Of a stretch of 62,908 nucleotides of DNA, positions 8,283 through 16,734 are shown piece after piece. Position numbers and translations under genes: made by a program. Position 1 is the stretch's first letter, and every line of letters starts with the position of its first letter. Where the stretch lies: positions 1 to 62,908 of IMG/VR virus record IMGVR_UViG_3300046724_000647; one strand, written 5' to 3'. This stretch comes from a virus. Its lineage: Duplodnaviria; Caudoviricetes. The notes beneath the pieces were generated by a model. That model was not told the DNA's origin. It did no database searches and worked only from the letters and a program-made list of their open reading frames with translations.

Positions 8283-8756
8283 ATGAAACTTTTCGATTTC
8301 CCTTTGAACCTGCGCGTTGAAGTTTCCTTGGAAAACCGTTGCTTTGTTTTCCGCGTATGTCATATTGAACGCGCTTCCAGACACGGTAAGGCAACACACA
8401 TTGACAGTTTTCCAGAAGAGGAGATCACCATGGATTTACAGGTTGGAGGGACACCGGGAACTATCCTGAATGTTCCAAAGAGTGCGGACGGAGTCGTTCG
8501 CCAGGTAGACGGGCCGATCGTTTGCACGGCATCGCCCGACGGCATTGTTGAACTTCGGCCCTCGGCTGACGGTTCGACGTGCGTCGTGGTTCCGCTGGCT
8601 GAAGGAGTCGCAACGTACAGTTGCTCGGCGGACGCGGACCTGTCGCCGGCAGTTGTGACGATCGACAGTAATCAAATCACAATCACCGTTGCCGCGGCAC
8701 CCGTTCCGCTGGCCGATCATATCGAATCGACCGAAGGACCTGTCGTCACGCCATAA
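8283..8756 (+). CDS. Ig-like beta protein, second in-frame start at 8430
   Basis: GAGGAG before ATG 8430; PSADGSTCVVVP...ADADL beta-rich pattern. Confidence 0.65.
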   Translation: MKLFDFPLNLRVEVSLENRCFVFRVCHIERASRHGKATHIDSFPEEEITMDLQVGGTPGTILNVPKSADGVVRQVDGPIVCTASPDGIVELRPSADGSTCVVVPLAEGVATYSCSADADLSPAVVTIDSNQITITVAAAPVPLADHIESTEGPVVTP

Positions 8757-8768
8757 GCGCGCACGCGA

Positions 8769-8802
8769 AAACGGCCGGCAGAGTTTCCCCTGTCGGCCGT
8801 TT
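8769..8802. terminator. bidirectional intrinsic terminator between convergent operons
   Basis: AAACGGCCGGCAG/CTGTCGGCCGTTT stem. Confidence 0.75.
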
Positions 8803-8822
8803 GGTTGGTGCCGTTGATTGGT

Positions 8823-9022
8823 TTACTTGTGCGGATCCGCTGATACCACGATCCAGAGCAGTGCTGCGATCACGAGCACGCCAACGATAATCAGGTAAGT
8901 CATGGTTTCCCCCTTCGCTGTGCTTCCTTCAATGCGCGCTTGGACGCGCTACCATCGAGGAAAACGGACAGGACCATTCCCAGAATCCAAACGACAACGA
9001 TCACTTCAATTGCTTCAAACAT
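8823..9022 (-). CDS. two tandem single-TM peptides (MFEAIEVIVVV..., MTYLIIVGVLV...)
   Basis: Short hydrophobic ORFs with purine-rich RBS and overlapping stop/start. Confidence 0.55.
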
Positions 9023-9307
9023 TTATTTCCCCTTCCATTTCGCTTCAAGTGCGTCGGCCTCTTTGTTGAACTTTCGCGTGCTCATTCCGCGGCTTGCCAG
9101 GTCGCGAAGTGTGACCGCGCGCATCAGGTCGCGTTCTCGTTCGGTAGGTTGTGGCAGTCGGGGCCGTTGCAATCCCCCAGGCCCGAACAGTTGGACGGCA
9201 AACCGTTTCATTGCTGCTTCTTTCGCGCGCCTCGACATTCGTCCGCTGGGAGACGACAGCGCGATCGCTTCAGACATGGTGTCAGCGGTTCGTTTCGGTA
9301 GTGCCAT
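9023..9307 (-). CDS. hypothetical early protein
   Basis: TAATG overlap with the upstream stop. Confidence 0.6.
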   Translation of the reverse strand: MALPKRTADTMSEAIALSSPSGRMSRRAKEAAMKRFAVQLFGPGGLQRPRLPQPTERERDLMRAVTLRDLASRGMSTRKFNKEADALEAKWKGK

Positions 9308-9693
9308 TAGTGCCACCGGCCTTTCGTTCGGCCTAATTCCCGATCCTGTCGTTCCTGCCATTCTTTATTTTCGCGCTTGGCTTTCGCGTATCCAGGCGTG
9401 GACTTGTTCGCTTGTATCAGGTCCGTCAATCGTTCGATCACTTTCGGATCGTTGGTGTCTATCTGGAACGCGTGGGAGTACGTGTAAAAGTTCCCCCAGA
9501 ATCGCAGCATGATCGGTGGACCTGGCAATTCCTCTGGAGTCGGCCAATAGCAGAAATCGCCATAGCGTTCAAAGCGTGGATCCAGTGTTTCCGTTTTCAA
9601 TCGGTCGTAAAGCTTTTCGATCGGATCCGGCGGATCCCCCGCCCACTTGCTTCCGTTGCTTGTGATGATAGTTTTATATTCGGTCGTGCTCAT
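9307..9693 (-). CDS. hypothetical early protein
   Basis: RBS AGAAAGGG; motifs TLDPRFE and FWGNFYTYSHAFQIDTND. Confidence 0.8.
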   Translation of the reverse strand: MSTTEYKTIITSNGSKWAGDPPDPIEKLYDRLKTETLDPRFERYGDFCYWPTPEELPGPPIMLRFWGNFYTYSHAFQIDTNDPKVIERLTDLIQANKSTPGYAKAKRENKEWQERQDRELGRTKGRWH

Positions 9694-9739
9694 GATTGTT
9701 CCCTTTCTTGTTTTGGTCGTTTCCGTTGGACGTCGGCGC

Positions 9740-9928
9740 CTAGATGAAAATGGGCGCCTCGCGTCTCTCAGTCTGTTTGTCGTTTCGTCCGCAAAAGTTC
9801 GTTGGGTCGTGCAGGTCCGTTTCGATTCTGCAATCGTTACAACGTACCGCTTCGTAGCCTAAGCATCCGTCGTAGTACTCGGTGTCTTTGCTTCCACAAT
9901 GCGGACAAACCAGTCCTTTGATCGTCAT
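9740..9928 (-). CDS. small Zn-ribbon protein
   Basis: CPHC...CNDC; RBS GAAAGGGG. Confidence 0.7.
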   Translation of the reverse strand: MTIKGLVCPHCGSKDTEYYDGCLGYEAVRCNDCRIETDLHDPTNFCGRNDKQTERREAPIFI

Positions 9929-10104
9929 GATTGATTCCCCTTTCCAGGTCCGAAACCGTTGCGTTCGAGAATGTCGGCCACTTCATCAATTTCGTCACTG
10001 CTCCACTCGTTTTCAGCATCGCCACCAGGCCAAAGTGTTTCCTGTATCGCGAGAATGACGCGCGCCATGTCGTTTTTGGTTTTGCTCGTTGGTTTGACTT
10101 TCAA
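9925..10104 (-). CDS. small acidic hypothetical protein
   Basis: Overlapping stop/start at both ends; EWSSDEIDEVADIL. Confidence 0.65.
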   Translation of the reverse strand: MKVKPTSKTKNDMARVILAIQETLWPGGDAENEWSSDEIDEVADILERNGFGPGKGNQS

Positions 10105-11045
10105 AATTGCACCGCCGAAACCCAAGCGTTACCGGCCGGCTTTACCTTCGTCGTTCTGTTCATTCGCTGAATTGTTTTGGTCATGACCGTTGACATGGAA
10201 ACGGCCGGCTGGCTGACAGGTTCGTCGGCCGGTATTTCGCGCGCGGATAAGTCCACACCTTTCCACTCGGCTTTCATCGGCATAACGACAAACCGGAAAC
10301 TTGCATCTTCGGACTCGAACATAACGGCCGTTTCATTGTCGGCAAACCACACCGACAAAGGCCAGCTACCGCATACGGACTCCAGAAAATCGCCATTGAT
10401 CGCAAAGTGGAATTGGTCCACTCCGTTTACAGGTATGGTTTCTTCGAAGCTTGCCAGGTTCACGGGATCCACACTTGTAAGCGTGATTTGTCCTGCATTC
10501 CCAATGACCAAAACGACAGGACAGCGTTCGTCTGAAGTAATCAGCGCGCGCTTGACTGCCAGATGAAACTCGGGATTGTCGATGGAACAAACAAGGCGTG
10601 CTTTTTCCTTGAAAGCGTCAAAGACAACAGTCCTTTCATGCTTCCGTAGTTGGTTTGGCGAATGGTCCAGCAGTGCCGTGTGTCCGTCTGTTGTGACAAT
10701 GGTCCAATTATCGAAGCACGGCCGGCCACCAAAGCGCGCGAAATTCTTGACGTGATCTTTTTCCGCGCGCTTGTGGATCGAGTCCGTCAAGCGTTCGAAG
10801 GTTTTGGCAGGTACTTCCATGCGCGGATTTAATGCGGGAAGTTTGAAAGGTTTCGATCCTGGCGGAGTGTACTTCAGACAGTTGGGATTCCGATATGTTA
10901 CGGATCCGTCCTTCTGAATTGTCAGGAATGAACCTGCCGACGTCTTGCGGCCGGTATCCCACTTGAAAGATCGATCGGTGTATCGAATCGGCCGGCCGTC
11001 TTCTGTCGTTGTTGGTTTTGTGGCGTGCTCCATTGTTGTGTTCAT
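10101..11045 (-). CDS. truncated DNA polymerase III beta-clamp-like protein
   Basis: VTTDGH, AVKRALI, FAINGDFLE and FVVMPMK resemble DnaN ATDGHRL, FNxxYL and LIMPMR motifs. Confidence 0.65.
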   Translation of the reverse strand: MNTTMEHATKPTTTEDGRPIRYTDRSFKWDTGRKTSAGSFLTIQKDGSVTYRNPNCLKYTPPGSKPFKLPALNPRMEVPAKTFERLTDSIHKRAEKDHVKNFARFGGRPCFDNWTIVTTDGHTALLDHSPNQLRKHERTVVFDAFKEKARLVCSIDNPEFHLAVKRALITSDERCPVVLVIGNAGQITLTSVDPVNLASFEETIPVNGVDQFHFAINGDFLESVCGSWPLSVWFADNETAVMFESEDASFRFVVMPMKAEWKGVDLSAREIPADEPVSQPAVSMSTVMTKTIQRMNRTTKVKPAGNAWVSAVQF

Positions 11046-11117
11046 GTTTTCCCTTTCTGTTCGTTCGTTAAATAGTGGGGGAGTCCAGCCGGGGGAAAGA
11101 CTCCCCCGGCCGGCTGG

Positions 11118-12263
11118 TTAGAATGCGACCTGCAACACCTTGCCAGATGCCCGGTCCAGTTCCGTGCGCTTGTCCGCGTTTTTCTCCGACTGGGAAATAC
11201 GCGTGATACCTTGTGCAAGGCCCCAAGCTGTAAATGCTGGTCCGTCCACGTCTTCGACCACGGCCGCTATCGCGCGTTTTGCGTCCGCGCGCGACAGGAT
11301 CCCCTTGTCGAAAACAAAATCGATGACGTCTTCGGCTTTGGTGGATTTCAGAACAAACTGTCTGGACTTCTCAATTTTTGCTTCCATCAAACTTCCGGAT
11401 CCGTCGGCATACTTGCGTAGTTCGAATTCGAGACCACGGAATGCTTTTTCGTCCGTCAAGCCCACATGACGCATGCGTAACTCTTTAACGTCTTCGGCGT
11501 CCCAGATGATGTGGTTTCCGCACACTCCACGGAAGTAAAACGACTGCATGCCGAAAGTGGATTTTCCTACTTCGGAATTCCAAACGATAATCCCCCGCAT
11601 GAGTCCGGACTTGCTTCCATCGTCAATCACCTTGTCCTTCTGTACCAGAAACACAAACATATCTTCGAAGGACGCATAGAGTCCGGCTGGAGCAATCGTC
11701 ATGCCTGGCTTAATCGTCAGCGACAATGCGGCATCCTCGGCCGTCGCGATGCGTGTATCAAACTCGGACGCGTCATGGCCCCATGGAACATAAGCAGGTG
11801 CGGGAGACCAGCCGGCATCCGCCAACCTGAGAAGCTTCTCAGAAATGGAGTAGTTCCAAAGACGTGAGTACTTGTCGGAAGTGATGGCCCGGGCAAAGTA
11901 TCCACCATTTTTGTGGAGCAACAATTTCGCTGGGCCATGCTCGGCCTTGTTCTTCAATCCATGGTTGATGTTCTGGACTGCCAGGGTTGCGGGCAAGCTG
12001 CGAAGGTAGGCAGCAGGTGCGTCCGCACGTGCTGCCAATTGCCCGAAAGCAAAGTGAGTCACTTCGGCATGTGTACCAGCCCGGCCGGAAATCTCAATGC
12101 GGCCGTCAATTGCTTCCACACGCATATCCACCATATCGAGTGAAGCTTCTGCGGCCGATTCCCGATGTGCCGTGACAGCATTGTGGAGGGACTGTAGATC
12201 CCAGAAACGTTGATCGGCAGGACGCGAAGACCACTGTTCATGTGCGGAATAAATCATTGTCAT
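11118..12263 (-). CDS. DUF932/DUF945-like phage/plasmid protein
   Basis: RAITSDKYSR, WNSEVG, FRGVCGNHIIW, RMRHVG, TAWGLAQGITR. Confidence 0.75.
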   Translation of the reverse strand: MTMIYSAHEQWSSRPADQRFWDLQSLHNAVTAHRESAAEASLDMVDMRVEAIDGRIEISGRAGTHAEVTHFAFGQLAARADAPAAYLRSLPATLAVQNINHGLKNKAEHGPAKLLLHKNGGYFARAITSDKYSRLWNYSISEKLLRLADAGWSPAPAYVPWGHDASEFDTRIATAEDAALSLTIKPGMTIAPAGLYASFEDMFVFLVQKDKVIDDGSKSGLMRGIIVWNSEVGKSTFGMQSFYFRGVCGNHIIWDAEDVKELRMRHVGLTDEKAFRGLEFELRKYADGSGSLMEAKIEKSRQFVLKSTKAEDVIDFVFDKGILSRADAKRAIAAVVEDVDGPAFTAWGLAQGITRISQSEKNADKRTELDRASGKVLQVAF

Positions 12264-12306
12264 TTCGTATCTCCCTTTTTCCCTACCATGCCTTGGCTAG
12301 CCATTG

Positions 12307-12363
12307 TGGGAATGCTGCGTGCAGGAATCGAACCTGCACAAAGTAGCGACCTGCTACGCAGTA
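12307..12363 (-). ncRNA. anticodon-less mini tRNA-like fold overlapping a stop codon
   Basis: TACTGCG/CGCAGCA acceptor-like stem, TAGC-AGGTC-GCTA, canonical GCAGG-TTCGATT-CCTGC T-arm. Confidence 0.5.
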
Positions 12364-12518
12364 ACGTCTTCAGTCTCAGTGTCCAGCGTGATGCAAAACA
12401 CCCTACCAGTCACGTGAGTCTCGGTCGCACGCTTGGCTACTTCTTTATTGGTCTCGGTCGTGAGGATGGCTAACGCTCGGACAGCATCAGGCAATTGATT
12501 GAAGTTCATGTTATTCAT
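12354..12518 (-). CDS. 54-aa first early protein (absent from the ORF track)
   Basis: AGGAGG RBS; MNNMNFNQLPDAVRALAILTTETNKEVAKRATETHVTGRVFCITLDTETEDVTA*. Confidence 0.75.
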   Translation of the reverse strand: MNNMNFNQLPDAVRALAILTTETNKEVAKRATETHVTGRVFCITLDTETEDVTA

Positions 12519-12545
12519 TGTTTCGTTCCTCCTGCACTCTGTTAA

Positions 12546-12562
12546 AGCAACCTGCCTACCAA
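12546..12562 (-). promoter_or_regulatory. putative sigma54 (-24/-12) promoter
   Basis: TTGGTAGGCAGGTTGCT with GG-N10-GC spacing, about 12 nt before the RBS-bearing leader. Confidence 0.45.
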
Positions 12563-12716
12563 ACGATGAATGGTTATAAGTCAGTGTCTTAGCGTTTCAG
12601 ACTATCTCAATTGTGCCGTGTTTTGTCATAAGGAATGACGTATTCTGTCAGAACGATATTTGAGCGTGGACGGAGTTATGTCAATACATTTCTTGTAACT
12701 CGTGACGTAAAATGTT

Positions 12717-13127
12717 ATGGTCCGATCCATGATTAGAATCACCTTGGATTTAATAGAGGGAATCGATCCTAAGGCGGTCGCCGATAGTGCGGTTATCGCA
12801 TGGCTGAAAGCCTGTCAGGTTCCTGGCGAAAGTGAGGCGGCCATGGCGAAACGCTTAAAAGTGAGTTATCGCATTCTGCGTTACTGGCGCGACAAACAGA
12901 TTCCACCTACCGCCACGCTGGCCGGTATCTCCGATGAAACCGACATTCCCCAACCTTGCGAATTCTGCGGAAAACCCGATGGAACCCACCAACATCATGT
13001 GGTCAATCGGCACGATTCGCCCGTCACTGTTACCCTATGTAGCACATGCCATCGTAAGTTCCATTTCCTGAATCGCTTGTATGCCGCACCTACCAAAAAG
13101 GCCAGCAAAACCGCCATAGTGGAATAA
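12717..13127 (+). CDS. HTH-HNH fusion protein
   Basis: EAAMAKRLKVSYRILRYW; CEFC...HQHHV...VTLCSTCH. Confidence 0.75.
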   Translation: MVRSMIRITLDLIEGIDPKAVADSAVIAWLKACQVPGESEAAMAKRLKVSYRILRYWRDKQIPPTATLAGISDETDIPQPCEFCGKPDGTHQHHVVNRHDSPVTVTLCSTCHRKFHFLNRLYAAPTKKASKTAIVE

Positions 13128-13129
13128 CG

Positions 13130-13860
13130 GTATTCCTGGAAACCGTCAATCCCTTTATTCCCTTTCCCCTCAACGTTCTCCACCCTTTCTCCCTTTTCCT
13201 CATGATAGATATCTCTTTCCCCTTCCACACTGCCGTAGGCCGAAGCGAAGCGCGACAGCGCGAAGTGAATCCCTTCCACATTCCCCGTGCTCACCTGCGA
13301 CAGCGTGAGCACACGCCGAAGGCTTCCCCTTCCCTTCCCGTCAGTGTGTTCGAAGTTCCCTTGGAACTTGCGAACGCGCTGACTGCCTTTCCCCTTGGGA
13401 CACCACACCACACGACAGCGTTTCTCCCTTCACGCTTCGGACAGCACATGGAAGGATGAACGCCTTCTGAGAAGCTTCACTTGAATGAGAAAGGGAAGGC
13501 CAGGAAATCGCGTTTTGCTGTCGCGACAGTCACTTACGGGGGAATGTCTCCCGCCACCATAACGGTACTTATGCGACATTGAATTGTAAGTGTTTCATTC
13601 CCCTGTAGTTGCGCGCGCGGTTTCGGATTATGGAGCAGTCCCCCGCCGACATTGGCAGTCAGGTCCAGTAGGCTGGCGCGATCGGCTGGCGCGCGAGTTG
13701 TCCGGAAAACGCGGCCGCGCGTAGGCATGGACGCCTTTGCCCCACCTGGTAACAAAAAAATCCCAAAGCTTTCGAAAAAAAAAGTGACCGGACAAAAGGA
13801 ATGGAAAACAAAAGGCAAATAAAAATCGCGCAAAATAATTCATTTTTCTGGTAGAGTGCG
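13130..13860. other. non-coding divergence region, probable genome end/packaging region
   Basis: TTCCC pyrimidine runs, CGACAGCG x3, IHF-like TAAGTGTTTCATT (13587), phased A-tracts 13754-13835, TGnTAGAGT at 13849. Confidence 0.5.
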
Positions 13861-13866
13861 GAAACT

Positions 13867-14118
13867 ATGGCAAATTCGATACACATATCGGCGAGAGAGA
13901 TGGAGTCTATCTCGCGTCGATTGAAGGCGATACGGAAGGAATTACTGGTGACTCAGTATGAGTTGGCGGAATTGATGGGGTTGACGCAGCCGACGATCTG
14001 CACATTGGAGACGAAGAAGGCGGTGGGAATCAGTCAGGGGACGTTGAAAAAGATTCGGAATTTCGAGCAGAAGTTGTTGTTGACGGGAACAGCGGCGACG
14101 ATGAGGGTACCGCGGTGA
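13867..14118 (+). CDS. XRE-family HTH regulator
   Basis: TQYELAELMGLTQPTICTLE. Confidence 0.85.
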   Translation: MANSIHISAREMESISRRLKAIRKELLVTQYELAELMGLTQPTICTLETKKAVGISQGTLKKIRNFEQKLLLTGTAATMRVPR

Positions 14119-15054
14119 GATTCGACGGGAGGGTGAGGGGGGATGCAAGGGCGATACCGTTGGGGGGGGGAATCGGTGCAGTGCGTGGTGACGAGTCCGC
14201 CGTATTTTGGGTTGAGGGACTATGGCAATGCTGGACAGATAGGACTCGAGAAGACGCCGGATGAATACGTGTCCGCGCTTTGCGCTGTATTCGACGAGGT
14301 CTGGCGGGTGCTGAAGAAGGATGGGACGTTGTGGCTGAATCTGGGGGATACGTATGCGACGGGGGCTGGTGCGGTGGGAAGGGCTCCTGGTGGTGGGGAT
14401 CAGGGGGAGCGATTCATTCGGGCGGGGATGATCAATACGCAGCCGAACCGGATGAAGTTGCCGGGGTTGAAATCTAAGGATTTGATTGGGATCCCGTGGA
14501 GGGTGGCGTTCGCGCTCCAGGCGGCGGGGTGGTATCTCCGCTCGGATATTATTTGGGCGAAGCCGAATCCGATGCCGGAAAGTGTTCAGGATCGGCCGAC
14601 GCGGTCGCATGAGTACATCTTCCTGCTGACGAAACAGGAGAGGTACTACTACGACGCGAAAGCCATCGCAGAAAAGTCAGTTACGCCCGGAGATCGGCGA
14701 TTTGAACGTACTGATACCACTCAACTGAGCGGTAGAGGCGGTGACGAATCTCGCAAGTCAACTGGAAACCCGACAGGCGACACCCGGAATAAGCGGGACG
14801 TCTGGACCATCGGGACACAGCCGTTTGCCGAGGCGCACTATGCGACGTTTCCGCCGGAGTTGATTGAGCCGTGCATTCTGGCAGGATCGAGGCCTGGGGA
14901 CTTCGTTCTGGATCCGTTTGCCGGCAGTGGCACGACGGCGATGGTTGCCGAACAGTGGGGACGGCGGGGGATTTCGATCGATCTGGGATATCACCAGTTG
15001 CAGGGAAAACGCATGCGTAACCTGCAGCCGCGGCTGATGGAGGCCAGCCAGTGA
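14115..15054 (+). CDS. beta-class N4-C/N6-A DNA methyltransferase, frameshifted at G9 (14162-14170)
   Basis: [22 protein letters not shown]; the natural N-terminus GDARAIPL from GTG 14115 is one base out of frame. Confidence 0.85.
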
Positions 15055-16224
15055 GTCTTAGCGATTTTCAGGATTGGCGGGCGCGGTGTGAGGAGTTGGA
15101 CAGGGAGCGGAGAAAGTTGGCGGACCACTGTGTGGTGGTGGTGAGCCAAGGGACGTTTAAGGATGTGTGGTGCACGTTGTGTGGGGCGCGTCGGGTTTTG
15201 GCAAAGCACGCGGCTTTAAAGGACTTCCATCGGTTGGATTGCCTGGTGAAGAAGGTGAAGGGGGAAGGGTGATGGGGAGCGACGAAGAGGAGAAGGCGAT
15301 CGCGGAGCAGGTGGGGAAGTCGTTGGCGCAATGGGCAGAAGACAAAGAGCACCTGGAGCGGGAGACGGCGTTGTACCACGTATTGAGGCGGGAGCGGAAC
15401 TATCAGATTCTGCAGGCGGCGTCGAGGATGGTCGGGCAGGAGAATGGATATGGGGATGTCATGAGCAGTTCCGCGGCATTGGCTGAAGCGATTGCGTTGC
15501 TCGAGGAGATAGAGGGGCGAAACCCATGACGGAGCGGGAGTTGATCGAGAGGGTGATGACGGAGCACTGGGATTTTGGAGCGTGCCCGTGCGCGTTTTGT
15601 GAGAAGGCGCGGGAGATGGGATACGGCCCGAAGAGTCGGTATCCGACCAACCCGAAGGTGAGCATCCTGAACGACGGGGATCATAAGCTGGGGATCCGGC
15701 CGACGTACGACTGGGAGGCGAAGTCGTGAAAGTGGTGATCCTGGGGAGAGGAGTTCATCATGACGTGCTGGCACTGCCAAGACACCGGTGTCTGTAATTG
15801 TGCCCATTGTTCCCCAGGGTATGAGATTTTCGAAGACCAGATGCGGGTGGCGTGGGGGGATTGCATCGCGCCGTTTCACGGGAAGCCGGTGAAGGAGAAG
15901 AAGTGAGGATGATCGCTCGATTCTGGTGTTGGGTGTTCTTCCATGACCTGGTGGTGGATCACTGGTGTTCGGGAGATTCGGCGAAGCTGCGATGCCGGCG
16001 GTGCTGCCGATTCTTCGGGATGAATACGGCCGTTCGGTCGTTTGTGGCCTGGAGCCACGATTTGGAGTTTTGCGAGTGGCGGAGGGAGTGGGAGAGGAAT
16101 CGGCGGGAGAACTGGCGGAGGGGGATTCATGGTTAGCGGACATCCGGAGCATGTGCATTGTTTCTGCCAGCCAGGCGTGGGAACCGGGGATCGGGTGTGC
16201 TGCAAGTGTGGAGCGAAGCGATGA
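15051..16224 (+). CDS. run of small hypothetical genes, several Cys/Zn-binding (15051-15272, 15272-15529, 15526-15729, about 15759-15906, 15909-16136, 16129-16224)
   Basis: Tightly overlapping starts/stops and CxxC motifs. Confidence 0.6.
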
Positions 16225-16257
16225 CAATCGACGACGCAAGGAAGGCGCTGGCGGAGA

Positions 16258-16734
16258 ATGATTATGCCGAGTAAGAAGCTACCCCAATTTCCACGCCCAG
16301 TCCGGGAGGCGGCAGTTCTCTCGTATTCGAGGGAATACATGCAGCGTCGCTTCTATTCAAAGGCCGTTCGTGCTCAGTCTGGCTGTCTGCTCTGGATTGG
16401 GACTCGCAATCATGGCGGCTATGGTGTTTTCTGGATGGGGAAAGATTGCGGATTTAATCAGGAACTTGCTCACCGCGCCGCATGGATTCATGAAAAAGGC
16501 CCCATACCGGAAGGTAAAATACCGGACCATCTTTGTCGTCAGCGGGCTTGTGTGGATACATCTCACATGGAACTCGTAGATAACCAGACCAATGTTCTTC
16601 GCGGGGTTGGCCTAACAGCGATCAATGCGCGAAAAACGCACTGCAACAAAGGCCATGAATTCACAGAAGAAAATACCTATTTGGCGCGAAATCGGCGCTA
16701 TTGCCGAACGTGCGCGAAAGCGAGAAAACGATGA
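16258..16734 (+). CDS. HNH endonuclease with C-terminal Zn finger
   Basis: CLLWIG...GYG...AHR...DHLCRQRACV...N; KTHCNKGHEF. Confidence 0.9.
   Translation: MIMPSKKLPQFPRPVREAAVLSYSREYMQRRFYSKAVRAQSGCLLWIGTRNHGGYGVFWMGKDCGFNQELAHRAAWIHEKGPIPEGKIPDHLCRQRACVDTSHMELVDNQTNVLRGVGLTAINARKTHCNKGHEFTEENTYLARNRRYCRTCAKARKR

Noticed and set aside
12307-12488. 182-nt tRNA/tmRNA/Y-RNA-like molecule with GATGCTGT/GCAGCATT stem and CGACCGAGAC repeats
   Set aside because: Most of the span is a 54-codon ORF with a perfect AGGAGG RBS and the repeats encode TET; there is no G3-U70 or Ro-binding helix. Only the 3' mini-fold is retained.
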